Of a DNA stretch of 64,000 nucleotides, positions 23,571 to 36,400 are shown in pieces. The notes under the pieces were generated by a model. The model worked only from the letters and a program-made list of their open reading frames with translations. It was not told where the DNA came from and did no database searches. The translations under genes were made by a program, and so were the position numbers. Where the stretch lies: positions 118,172,001-118,236,000 of the forward strand of contig NC_086104.1 of the NCBI RefSeq assembly GCF_963921235.1, read 5' to 3'. The first letter of the stretch is position 1; each line of letters opens with the position of its first letter. The stretch comes from Mobula hypostoma (Eukaryota).

Positions 23571-24399
23571 TACGTTTCCCTCCGTTCCGTGTTATTTGGT
23601 CGACCAGTTAGTATTAGTTGGTGGGAAACCTGATACGCACCAGACATAATGATCCAGTGGGTGGTAAAATGATAAATCCTTCGCCCACTGAAAAGCACGA
23701 AAATCGTTAGTGTTTGACGTTGAAGAGGAAATAATCCAGGTTCCTCTAAACTCTCCTTTTTGGTAATAATCTCCATTCCAGGCAACCTCTATGTTAACGT
23801 CCTCTCCATCTTCGTCAAAATATTTACATGCTGTCTGTAATACCTGAATTGTGCGTACTGTTCCGAGCTAACCTGTCTAATATATTAAGCTAATACAACG
23901 TGACTCTTAGCTCATTTTTTGAGCTATGAAGGCGGGAAAGCCACACACAAAAAATTGTAAATACAAATCCTGTTTAGAGGACTCTGACTATGTACTGAAT
24001 ATATCCCGTTCAGGTTTTGTATGCTTCTTCATGAGCTCCAGTGAGAATAACCTCTGAAAATCACAACTCTCCAGGCAACGAAAGCATTCAGTTTCAGGAA
24101 ACATCCTGATAGTTCGTCGAAATGCACACATAACAGTGAAATAATTCGGCAGGTTCGGCAGCATTTGTGGAAATAAGATGTCGACATTTCTAGCCAAGGA
24201 CTTTCAGCAGGACTGCAAACGAAAGGGAGAAGTAATAATAAGAAGGTGATACAGAGGTAGGAGGACAAGCCCGAAGGTGATAGGAGAACGCAGGTGGATG
24301 AGATAGGAGGGATGAAGTAAGAAGCTGGGAGAAAATATATAGAAAAGGTAAAGGTCTAGAGAAGAAGGAATTTGATACGAGAGGAAATGGTCCTGCACC

Positions 24400-25595
24400 T
24401 ATGTTCTATGTTTCCATAACTACCTCAACGGTACCTCTTCCCACCCTGCCACATGCAAAAATGCCATTCCCTATTCCCAGTTCCTCCGTCTCCGCCGCAT
24501 CTGCACCCAGTATGAGGCTTTCCGTTCCAGGACATCTCAAATGTCCTCCTTCTTTAAGGATCGTGGTTTCCCTTCTGCCGTCTTCAATGATGCCCTCACC
24601 CGCATCTCCTTCATTTCCCGCACTTCGGCCATCACCGCATCCTGCCGCCACCACAACAGGGACAGAGTTCCCCTTGTCCTCACCTAGCACACCAGCAGCC
24701 TCCGGTTCCAGCATATTATCCTCCGCAACTTACGCCACCTTCAACAGGACCCCACCACTCTCAGCTTTCCGTAGGGATCGGTCCCTCCGCGACACCCTGA
24801 TACACACTTCCCACCCCACGGATCTCCCACCCAGCACTTATCCCTGTAAGCGTAAGTGCGACACCTGTCCCTACACCTCCTCTCTTGCCACTATTCAGGA
24901 CCCCAAACAGTCCTTCCAGGTGAGGCAAAACTTCACTTGTGAGTTTGTTGTGGTCATCTATTGCATCCGGTGCTCCCGGTGCGGTCTCCTCTACATCAGC
25001 GAAACCCGACGCAGATTGGGTGTCAGCTTCGTCGAGTACCTCCGCTCCTCCGCCACAACAGACACAAGCTCCCGTTTTGCCGCCCACTTCAACTCTGCTC
25101 CAATTCCCATCCGGATATTTCCTTACATGGCCTCCTCTGCTGCCATGATGAGGCTAAACTCAGGTTGGAGGAGCAACACCTCAAATACCATCTGGGTAGT
25201 CTCCAGCCCCTTGGTATGAACATAGAATTCTCCAACTTCCGGTAATTCCCTCCCCCACACTTCCCCTATCCCTATTTCACTCCACCCCCTCCCCCAGCTG
25301 CCTATCACCTCCCTCATGGTTCCGCCTCCTTCTACTACCCGTTGCATTTTCCCCTATTCCTTCTTTACCTTTTCTACCTATCACCTCCCTGCTTCCAATT
25401 CCCACCCCTTTATCTTTCTCCTTACTGTTTTTTCACCTGGAACCTACCAGCCTTCACCTTCCTACCCTCCCCCGACCTTATTTATAGGGCCTTTGCCCTT
25501 TCTCTGTTCAGTCCTGACGAAGGGTTCCAGCACGAAACGTTGACTGATCGTTTCCACGGATGCTGCCCGACCTGCTGAGTTCCTCCAGCTTGCTA
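24400..25595 (+). mobile_element. Penelope-like element (GIY-YIG endonuclease region plus 3' terminal repeat)
   Basis: TYPCKRKCDTCPY..FQVRQNFTC..VIYCIRCSRCGLLYISETRRRLG..F.E.LRS. The tail has a hammerhead-like motif at 25509-25546. Confidence 0.9.
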
Positions 25596-25699
25596 TGAGT
25601 GAAGTGTTCTTTTGTCATTATGCTGTACTTCTTTTGCCGGGATACTGACTCATTAGCTGCTGGACCTTCCAGACACGGGTCTGTTTTGAATATAATCAA

Positions 25700-26938
25700 T
25701 TGAAACTCCTTAACTGCACACAGGTCTCCAAAAACGTATCTCCATTTAACTAGTTATGTGACTTCTAAACCCAAATGACTGCAGCAGTGATGATTTGGTA
25801 TGTAATATTAAAGAGGATTGAATACTTATGCAATCAATTATTTTGTGTTTTATATTTGTAATTGAAACACCCTGGTTTCATTGCCTGCGGAAGTTTAAGG
25901 AAGACAACCTCCGAGCCAGCCAAACTCGCGAGACTGAGGCAGGTTCGATCCCACCCCAAGTCCCGGACTGCGCGGTAGCTGTGCAATTTGCTACCCTGTT
26001 GCAATTTAAAGCCACAAAATAACAGAGAATATAATGCAAAAGATTAAAGGAATTATATTTATGAATCCTAACTGAAACGTTAGTAAAGAATAAGAAAAAA
26101 GAAAAGCGGCCATTCTACATAGATTGAAACACACAATCGACTGCATCATTCCTCAGGGCAATCACACAACATCCAAGGAAGCCGATCCCAGATGATACCC
26201 CTACAATGACACACCCTGTTTACCTTGGCTGCGTAAGTCCAGGGAAGACAACCTCCGGCCCCACCAAACTCGTGAGATTGAGGGACACTCGATCCCACGC
26301 AAAACCCCGATTTGTATGGATGCTGTGTCATTAGCTACCCTGTTACAAATTTATACCACAATATAGGTCCCAGTCTAATTAAACAGTCTAATGTGCACAA
26401 GTTGAAGCTTGATATTCTCTCCCTCTCTCACGCGCTAGACCCTCGGTCAACGTGAAAGCACACACCACCTTCCGAACGTCCCTCACAATCCACCTCGACC
26501 AAGCAGGTCTCCCACCAGATCGTATGCTACGACTGGTTCTCGCCAGCGTCTTCTCTCTTTATCTCTTCTCGAACAAAACCCCAAGCTCAACCTTAGTGAC
26601 CCTCATCAGAGAAACTTCCCCTTAATCTGATCATGCAAACTGGATGGCACATATTTCTCCTCTGTTTTATCTTCAACGGTAACCCAAAGAAGCATGAAAA
26701 CAGAATAAACTGCTCTTACAGAACTGCCAAAATGAGATACATACAGTATAATAGTAAATATATGAACCATGGCTTTACGCAATTAATTTAGATAACTTTG
26801 TACGGATCTGTTTCCACTATGACATGAGTCTTTTTTTCTGTGGGGAAAAAGCCGAATTAAAGCCCGTGTGATTCAATGATATAAAACAACAAAACATGAA
26901 AACTTCCAAGGGGGTGAATACTTTTTAGAGGCACAGTA
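25700..26938 (+). mobile_element. Tc1 right-end remnant split by two tandem SINE-like copies and a Penelope remnant
   Basis: Tc1 TIR-like text at 25700-25860 resumes at about 26760 and ends gggggtgaatactttttagaggcacag-TA. 25865-26020 and 26212-26360 are diverged direct copies of each other. Confidence 0.6.
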
Positions 26939-28014
26939 TTCACGTTGTTAGTTGTCGGTGGAAACAGGTTTAACAGAGTATATGCATTTAATGTATGAAG
27001 AGAAAGTTCAGTGAAGTTCTGTGCGGCGAGCTATGTTGCAGATAGAGCGTTGCGCGCCCAGAACGGTATGCAATCAGTTGTGGAAAAAGCAGCTGCTATA
27101 AAAATGCTTTTATGACTACAAGATAGACATAAAATGCAGGAAATGGACGGATAAGAATCCTGTGCATGAAGACGGGACTAGATAAATTGGATACGGTCGT
27201 CAACAGAGATATTGTCGGCCCAGGGTCTTTTCCTGTGCTGTCCTGCTCGATGTTCTATGTTCCAACGGCATGTGCCCTTTTCTCTTTGATATGAAGCAGA
27301 GAGTGTCCGCGCAAGATTGCACTGTATCAGCCTGATATCAGTGACGAGTGACTACCAATGTCTGAATAGTTGATGCTAGTCCCATTGCTATTTATCAATT
27401 ATATCAATGATTTGGATTGTTATGTGCAAGGCACGACGAGGAATGCTAAATATGGTGTCGTAGACAGTTAAAATGTTTCTTTCTTTTTGTAATTATATAT
27501 GTATTGCGCAAAAGAGAAGCAAAGTGTTCAACTTGGATTGGTGTGAGATGTTAAAATTTGGGAAAGCAAGTCAAGCATGAACATTCAGAGTGAACGATAG
27601 GGCCTTGCAAAGTGTCGTGGAACAGAGAGACATAGGAGTACAAGTCTTAGTTCCTTGAAAGGGCTGTGGCAGGCAGGCAGTGTGGTGACTTATCTCTTTG
27701 GTACGCTGCCCTTTATCACCTAGAACAATTAAATAAAGATGTTGGGATGACATATTATAAGATATTGTTAACGCCTTATTTCGAACATTGCTTTCAGAGT
27801 TGTCGACGCTGCTGCATGAAACATGCCATTAAGGTGGAAAGAGTGCAAGAGAGGTTTACAAAGGTGAAGAAGGACTCGAGCGACTATCAACAACGTTTAG
27901 GAATGCTGGGTCATTATTCCTAAGACCATAATACTGCAAGATATGGAAGCAGATGTAGGCTCTTTGGCCCATCGAGTCTTCTCCGGCTTTCAATCATGGG
28001 CTGATCCTCTTCAT

Positions 28015-28266
28015 CCAGTCAACCCCGCTCCCCTGCTTTCAGCCCATATCCTATAATGCCCTGGCTAACCAAGAACCTATCTGTCTCTGCCTTAAATACA
28101 CCCAATGACGTGGCCTCCAGAGCTGCACGTGGCAACAAATTCCACAGATTTACCACCCTCTGAATAAAGTAATCTCTTTGCATCTCAGTTCTAAAAGGGC
28201 GTCTTTCAATCCTGAACTCGTGCCCTCTTGTCCTAGAATCCCCTACCATGGGAAATAAATTTGCCA
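28015..28266 (-). mobile_element. CR1 3' fragment
   Basis: LFPMVGDSRTRGHEFRIERRPFRTEMQRDYFIQRVVNLWN. Confidence 0.85.
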
Positions 28267-28326
28267 TGTATGTATGTATGTATGTATGTATGTATGTATG
28301 TGTGTGTGTATATATATATGTATTTA
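28266..28326. repeat. Compound microsatellite (ATGT)n(TG)n(TA)n
   Basis: Directly visible. Confidence 0.97.
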
Positions 28327-28329
28327 TTG

Positions 28330-28890
28330 ATTGATTGTTGATTGAAGCCAGGGCTTCTTCCTTGCCACTCTTCGATAAATACCTATCTTTTGTGCGAAGT
28401 CGTTGAGATTGTGGAGCCAAGAACCATCTCCAGCTGCAGCCAAAAACTTCTGCTGCTCCCTCGGAATGACTATTGAAGTCACAGTTGCCTTTCTTACAAG
28501 TGTCATTCACTCGGCGGTTAATTTTAGAAGGGCTGTCAAACCAAGGCAATGTAGCTGTGGGTTCATATTTTCCCAGTTTTTCAGTTAGGAATATGTTTAG
28601 CTCCGAAGTGTAATCAATGTCTTTGAGATGGTTTTCTATCCTTCCCCTTATCATTTCCTCACTTGACCTGAATTTTCGTTTGTCTTCTTTTCCTTTGGTC
28701 TCCTGAGAATCGACCATACAGTTGGACCCTACAGAGAGAGGTGGCATTTATCCTGTGAATTCGGTGAAAACAGGTGATTCTATAATTGTCTATATCAACA
28801 AATTGCGTGGTTTGGTAAAGCAATATACAATATTGCACCTGAAGATGTCAGCATAGCAATTTCAAAGGGAATTAATTCTTTTTCAGATTG
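28330..28890 (-). mobile_element. Tc1 5' fragment (HTH region)
   Basis: GIYRRVARKKPWL and GKYEPTATLP..SPSKINRR-like paired-HTH remnants. Confidence 0.8.
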
Positions 28891-29771
28891 TGTTCTTTTT
28901 TTAAATTTTGAGAATATTGTTTCAGAATTTTTCTCTTGATTTGACATTCTTGTGTGTGGGAGGGAGAGATGGTCTGCATTTGTGGTTCTAACGTTTTAAC
29001 TGCCATTCATTCTTTTGGGCACTCCTCCGTTTTCGTGGAAGTTTGCGAAGAAAAAGAATTTCAGGATATATATTGCACACATTTCTCTGACATTAAAAGT
29101 ACCTATTGAACATGATTCACAAGGTTTTGAGGATTTGCTCAAAAAAATCATCTTCAATGATTGGTGGAGGTTATATATTTTTTCAAGCCACTGTACAATT
29201 GCAGCATTTAAGAGACGTTTAGATTAATACATAGTTACGGAAGTTTTACCGATGTTTTGGCTCACTGCAGGTAAATGAGAGTCGTTGACATGGACAAATT
29301 TGCCGAAGGACTGGTTTCCAGTCGTTATAAATCCTTGAATCTTTAACAAGTTATAGGTTATACAGACTGGTGAGTGTGACAGGTATGGAGAACATTTATG
29401 GTCATGGGTAGTGAAACAAATGGAGCCGTTTATTCCCTTAAACAACTGAACGTTAATCGTTTACAGAAGAGGTTTTTGCTAATCCTGATATGCCACAGCA
29501 GAGCCAAGAAGTAAAATGCTGGACAAGGCAAAGGTCGTCAAGCAATTTATCATTGAGCAGACGCACTGAGTTATTCCAAAGCGTTTAATACACGGCAAAT
29601 AAGCTGAACTATATACATTAGCAGTTTCCAAATAGTTTTTTTTTGTCTCTCTTTCGTCAGACTGTAGAATACATTAATCAAAAAAAGTGTGTTTCTGAGC
29701 AGGTGTTCAAACCAGACCTTCGGCAATCATACGGGTATCATGAGTGTGGCTTCTCAATCATCATCCCGAAC

Positions 29772-29920
29772 NNNNNNNNNNNNNNNNNNNNNNNNNNNNN
29801 NNNNNNNNNNNNNNNNNNNNNNNNNNNNNNNNNNNNNNNNNNNNNNNNNNNNNNNNNNNNNNNNNNNNNNNNNNNNNNNNNNNNNNNNNNNNNNNNNNNN
29901 NNNNNNNNNNNNNNNNNNNN
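29772..29920. other. Assembly gap (149 N)
   Basis: Directly visible. Confidence 0.99.
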
Positions 29921-31778
29921 ATTCGTGCGATGGAGGGATATCATATGCAGTTTAAATTAGCGTCACAGACAGTGATGCTCGTATGTACCATCCTATATTC
30001 AATATTTTGTGTTCCATGAAGGTGGGCTGCGGGAGCATTTGGAAGGAGAGAGAAGAGCTGATGGAACGTGAGATTAAAGTAAGGGTGCTCTGTGAGCAAT
30101 ACGGACTCGGTGGGCTACAGGACCTCTTCCTGTGATGTTCAATGGTGTAAGTGCAGTCCAGCTGCACAGAAATTCTTCTTCTCTCTGCACTGATTCTCCC
30201 GAACAACTGAACACCGTCAGAGGGGCAGTTTATTGCCGGATGTTATAACTGTTCTGTACGTCGATGCCCTGCAGTGTTTGATCGTAACTGCCTTGTGCTG
30301 CAAATCCGTCCCCAATACATTGGAGACCTCGTCTGAACGTGGTCGACCATGGATGTTGTGTTCCAAATGCGTATGTAATAAGCAAGCCATGGCAGTACGA
30401 TATGGAGAGTAATCTATTGCCCATGTGGCAGGCTCCTTTTCTCTACTCAGCTGATTAATGAAAGGAACGGCAGAGACGATAGCTTATTATACATACGTTT
30501 TAGCCAAACCATTTGTGTATATGTAAAGCAGAGATGGGCGGATTCTTGATTGGTCAGGGCATATAGGGATGTGTAGAGAAGGTAGGAGTTTGGGTCTGGA
30601 AATCTATCTGTCATGACGAAATGATGGAGCAGATTTGAATGGCCGAATGGCACGTAATCTTATTATGTTACATGTACAAAGCATTATATCCACAATAAAG
30701 AGATTCGTGTATAGCAATAGCCAGTGTGATTAGTTAATTGTCATAATTCCTTCCAAGGTATTCGACAAACGATGTATTTATCCGACTGTGGCCGACAAGG
30801 AGTCCTGTACGATTCGTTTCCTTATTGATTCTGCTTCCAGCGTCTCGACGTCTTAAAATTTAATGGTAACAATGAGACTGTGAACCTCTTCCAGCTGCTT
30901 CCTCTCCACTTACTTTGTTAGGGACTTACTTTTCACACACTGGGATGCCTTTCCGGCACCTTAGAGGACCATCCCTTTTCTCGGAGAGGCACTTCCCTTC
31001 ACTTGTTTATAAGAGATTTGCGGGAAAATTAGGTCGGGATTAATCAGCGTGGACGTGATGGGCCGAAGGGCTAAAGGCCCTAGAGCGGGATAACTACAAT
31101 TGGTGATCATATCCTTCTCAGTTTCTGTTGAGACGACCTTCATATCTTCTCCGTCCATCTTTCCCATTCCGCCCATCTGTCTCTCCCACCCACCACCTTA
31201 TCCTCCCTCCTGCCTTTCTCTCTCTCGCCCCCTCACCAACACCTTTGCGTCCCTCTTGTGTCTGCACCGTACCTTCCACTCGCTGTCCCTACTTTTCTAT
31301 TGCGTTTCTAACTCTTTCTTCTCTCTCTACTACAACCCCACCCCCAAACACACACACATTTTTCCAACTCTCCTGCACCCCTCCCTCTAGCGAAACATTC
31401 CAACACCACTACCACCCCCGCCCCCCCCCCCCCCCACCAATGCATTGGATGGAGATGTTAGTCTTAGATTGTGAAGTGAGAGAAATGTGGGTGACTAAAT
31501 TTGCTTGGTGACTTGAAGTGCTTTCATCCTCACACTCTCCAGTGGCAGGGACGGGGCGGCGGGGGGCGCGCGGCGTGTGCATGGTGATTTGCAATGTTTT
31601 TTTTTTCTCACGCTTGTAAGGCATGAAAATGCCCGACGCAGGCCTATCATGGTCTGAGTCGTCGTCCTCCACACCACTCCCCGCCGCCCCCCTCGTCCCT
31701 ATCCTCACACTCTGCAGTGGCAGGGGTGTGGGGGAACGCATTCTGTAAAGTAGTTACCTCATCCCTGGACACACTCAC

Positions 31779-31854
31779 CAGCACCAAAGCGACGGCCACA
31801 CAAGTGACCACCACTGGCCCGATCAAAGAAATGTCGGAACGTTTAAATGCTTCT
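31779..31854 (-). CDS. Candidate orphan transmembrane exon (EAFKRSDISLIGPVVVTCVAVALVL)
   Basis: Acceptor ttcagtttctgcag|, donor CTG|gtgagt, hydrophobic frame. No linked ectodomain exon was found. Confidence 0.3.
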
Positions 31855-32354
31855 CTGCAGAAACTGAAATCTTCAGATTCTAAAATAATAAGAAACACGT
31901 TTGAACATTTTATTCAATTTTGTGTAATTTATAATTAACGTACATTAAGTGACCATATGCAATCCTGAGATTCATGTTCCAGTGGGCAAACTCAGTAAAG
32001 CCTATAACCATAACAGAATAAATTAAAGATCGCAACAAGACGGCGGAAAATCAGATTGCAAAAGGTAACAAACTGTGCAAATACAAATGGTAAGAAAAAT
32101 AAATTCGAATAAAGTAAAGCATGTTTCTAACCTAAGGAAGAAATCACAAAAGATCCAACAAAACATTTTCTCCAAACTCTCTATTATAATTGAAACATCG
32201 TAAATCTCGCAACTAGTCACCGCTCAATTAAATAAGCTTATTTCGTTACAGAAGAGCAAAAAGGATGCCGTAAGGCTATGAAAATATCTGAATAATAACA
32301 GCTAATAGGATCTGAAACTTTAATGAAGCATGGAGGAATTGTAAGAAACTTGAA

Positions 32355-34520
32355 TGTTATCATAGAAACATAGAAACGTAGAAAACCTGCAGCACAATAC
32401 AGGCCCTTCAGCCCACAAAGATCTGCTGAAAATGTCCTTACCTTAAAACTATCTTGGCTTACCCATTTTCCTCTATTTTTCTAAGCTCCATTTACCTATC
32501 CAGAAGTCTCTTAAAAGACCCTATCGCATCTGCCTCCACCGCCGCCGCCGGCAGCCCATTCCATGCATTCACCACGCTCTGCGTAAAAAACTTACGCCTG
32601 ACATCTCCACTGTACCTTCTGCAAAGCACCTTAAAACTATGCCTTCTCGTGCTCGCCATGTCAGCCCTGCGTGGAAAAAAAAACTCTGACAATCCACAAG
32701 ATCAACGCCTCTCGTTATCTTGTACACCTCAGGTCACCTCTCATCCTCTGTCGCTCCAAGGAGAAAAGGCCGAATTCACTTAACCTATTCTCATAAGGCA
32801 TGGTCCTCAATCCAGACAATATCATTATAAATTTTCTCTGCACCATTTCTATGGTTTCCATGTCCTTCATTTACTGAGCTGACGAGAGCTAAGCGCAGTA
32901 CTCCAAATGGGGTTTGAACAGGGTCCAATATAGCTGCAACAATGCTTCTCGGTTCTTAAACTCTATCCATGGTTGAGGAAGGCCAATGCATCGCCTGCCT
33001 TCTTAACCACAGAGTCAATCTGCATAGCACCTTTGAGTGTCCTATGGATTCGGAACCCAAGATAACTCTGAACCTCTTACCATTAATGCTATATTCTGCC
33101 ATCATATTCGACCTACCAAAATGAACCACTGACACTTATGTATCTAGTTAGAACTCAATCTGCCACATCTCAGTCCAGTTTTGCATCCTATCAATGTCCC
33201 GATGTAACCTCTGACAGCCTTCCACGCTACCCACAACACCCCAACCATTATGTCATCAGTAAAGTTACTAACCCATCCCTCCACTTCATCATCCAGGTCA
33301 TTTATAAAAATCACGAAGAGTAGTCGTCCGAGAACAGATCTCTGAGGCAACGCACTGGTTACCGGTCCACATGCAGTATATGACCCGTCTACAATCACTC
33401 TTTGCCTTCTGTGGTCAAGCTAGTTCTGGATCCACAAAGCAATGTCCCCTTGGATCCCAAACATCCTTACTTTCTCAATAAGCCTTGCATGGGGTTACTC
33501 ATCAAATGCCTTGCAAAAATCCATATACACTACATCTACGGCTCTACCTTCACCAGAGTGTTTAGTCACATCCTCAAAAACTTCAATCAGGCTCGTAAGG
33601 CACGACCTGCCTTTGACAAAGCCATGATGAATATTCCTAATCATCTTATGCCTCTCCAAATAATCATAAATCCTGCCTCTCAGGAATCTCTCCATCAACT
33701 CACCAATCACTGAAGTAAGAATTACTGGCCTATAATTTCCTGGGCTATCTCTAATCACTTTCTTGAATAAGGGAGCAATATCTGCAACCGTCCAATCCTC
33801 TGGAACCTCTTCCGTCCTCATTGATGATGCGAATATCATCGCCAGAGGTTCATCAATCTCCTCCCTCGCTTCCCAGAGTAGACTGGGGTACATCTCATCC
33901 GATCCCCGTGATTGATCCAACTTGATGCTTTCCAAAGCTCCAGCACATCCTCTTCCTGAATATTTACATGCTCAAGCATTGCAGTCCGCTACAAGTCATC
34001 CCTGCAATCGCCAGGATCATTTTCCATAGTGAATACTGAATCAAATATTCATACATACTCTTCCACTGTCACACTTGATTGGTCCTATTCTCTCACATCT
34101 TATCATCTTGCTCTTCACATACCTGTAGAATGTCTCGGGATTTTCCTTATTACCGTCCGCCGAGGCCTTTCCAGGGCCCTTTTTGCTCTCCTAATTTCTT
34201 AAGCTCCTTTCTGCTAGCCTTATAATTATCTAGATCTCTGTCATTACCTAGTTTCTTGAACCTTTTGTCAGCTCTCCTTTTCTTTTTCACTAGATTTACA
34301 ACAGCCTTTGTACACCACCGTTCCTGTACACTACTATCCTTTCACTGTTTCACTGAAATGTACCTATGCAGAAACCTATGCAAATATTCCCTGAACATTT
34401 GCCACATTTCTTCCACACGTTTCCCTGAGAACATCTGTTTCCAATTTATGATTCGGTTGTCCTGCCTGATAGCCTCATATTGACTAGCAAAGAGCATTTG
34501 ACTCTGTCCCACGCTCATGA
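32355..34520 (-). mobile_element. CR1 ORF2 (RT to 3' end), with deletions
   Basis: ORFs 33495-33935 (GFVKGRSCLTSLIE..VDVVYMDF) and 33144-33398 (PQRSVLG..FINDL); 3' tail at about 32360. Confidence 0.92.
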
Positions 34521-34529
34521 TTAATGGAA

Positions 34530-35500
34530 GGTCTGAATATATATAAACTACGCCCAATATTTGTGAAATTGCTACATCTGTTGAAGATTTGGTGCACAGT
34601 ACTAAGAATACCCTATCTATTTCAAACCAATACAGAAAGAAGAAACCTTCACTATACAGAAGTCAACACATGGAACAGCAACACTCACCATGCAAGACAT
34701 TCCCATGATCTGAGCAGACTGGATGTCGACAAGGAATTACGAAACGCATGGATCAGAGTCGGAAACCTCTTCTCAGAAAAGGGGAGGTGCTCCTTGTGGC
34801 AATACTGAAGCAGGTGGATGACCAAAATACATAAAAAAAGACCAGCAAATTCAATAAGGTAAATGTCTAAAATGCTAAGAGAAACCAGAAATAATCCAAC
34901 ACATTACAGGATCCTGCAGCAGTTTAACTCAATCTGATTCTTTGCACAGGCACAGTCAAGTGGCAAGCGTCGTTTACCAAAACACTGATTTAAAATACAA
35001 ACATGAAAAACACGATACCCTACAATAAATACAAGACTGATCCAGTTTTAGAGTTAGATTCCTTCAAACTATATTATGACCAATCCATTATTATAAATAG
35101 GATAATCCATAACAACAGTCCTGATATAATATTACAGGATAAACAAACAAGAACAACTTACTTAATAGATATTGACATTCCGACCACACACAACATACAA
35201 AAAATCAGTAAGTGAAGAACATCAGAAATATGCTGAATTAAAAGAGGAAATTGAACGTCTATGGAACATGAGCAGGTTGTACATTGTCCAGTCAGAAAAA
35301 TCTATCACCGGCATCATCCCAATGTCTCCACCCAAAGGCATTAAACAATAGGCAAACACAATGAATCTTCATAATGTCACAATACTAAGCACCAGTAGAA
35401 TGCTGCAAAATGTTCTAACAATTGAGAAATGAATGTGCTTGGCTATGCACCTTTAGCCAGGTTTTACCAGCTTGAGCTGAGAAAAAAAAATACAAAATAA
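34530..35500 (+). mobile_element. R4/Dong-like non-LTR retrotransposon 3' part
   Basis: KYKTDPVLE..KLYYD..IIHNNSPDIILQDKQTRTTYLIDIDIP is a restriction-like endonuclease PD..D motif. Confidence 0.82.
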
Positions 35501-35789
35501 CGACAATAATCACCCAATACATGTTAACATTTCTACAACATCTGATGGAACATTGGCGTACTGTGATAACCTTAACTATTTAGCAAGCAAAAAAAGAGCA
35601 ACCACCGTTATCGAAATAACCTGATGCATTTTTTTTTCTGTCTGACTGACTCTGCCCTCTATATTTCTATTTGTATCTTTAAACCCGCGAACAGATGTGT
35701 GTGAGAGTAAATAAAAAGGCATCTGCTCGCGACCTTTCATGCCGACATATAATTTAAAGCAAATCCAAGTGAAGGAATGAAGGATCCAA

Positions 35790-36400
35790 GCAATTCATCA
35801 CCAACCTCTCAAAACATTTGATCGCAATGGATAACCTTGCCACTGGACCTTCTTCCTAGCTATTGGATTAACTGATGTCTGCTTAAAGCAGGTGTTCAAC
35901 TCAGCCTGCCGAAGCAAGAGGTTAAAGATATTGGTAAACACCCCAGCCAGTTGATCAGCACGGGTTATTAGTACTCGGTCAGTTACCTTTTCTGGACCGG
36001 GTGCTTTCCGTGGATTCAATCTGCTGGAGAATGCACTCAAAAACTTAAATCACAGAATAATCATGGGCTGAGGGAGTTCATGAAGATTGTTCCATGCTTT
36101 ATATTTTGACGGACACAGCGAGCAGAGAGGGCTTTGAAATTGATCAGCAAACTTTTCATTCAAATTTAGTAGGGAATTGCACTCCGCCTGTGAGAGATTC
36201 CGGCCATCGTAACTGGACCTGTTGTTACTTTAATGATTGACGGACTTGAATACCTCTGATCTGGCCCACGGCAGATTGTGGATCTCATAGTTCATGCAAA
36301 GCCTCCGGTTATGGAATTGTCTGACTGATTTTGATTGAACTAAGTTGTAATTCCTCGGGATATTAAAGGTTGATTGTTCCTCTCTGTCTATACTGACTGT
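35790..36400 (-). mobile_element. Rex1/Babar-like fragment (separate copy)
   Basis: RLNPRKAPGPE.V..RVL..ADQLAGVFTNIFNL.L. Confidence 0.7.

Noticed and set aside
24401-25219. 272-aa Pro/Ser-rich ORF as a host gene
   Set aside because: It is a frameshifted mosaic of a Penelope GIY-YIG ORF.
29224-29445. Possible C2H2 zinc-finger remnant
   Set aside because: No complete CxxC..HxxxH spacing in any frame.
29643-30019. ORFs spanning the N run
   Set aside because: Artefacts of translating the gap.
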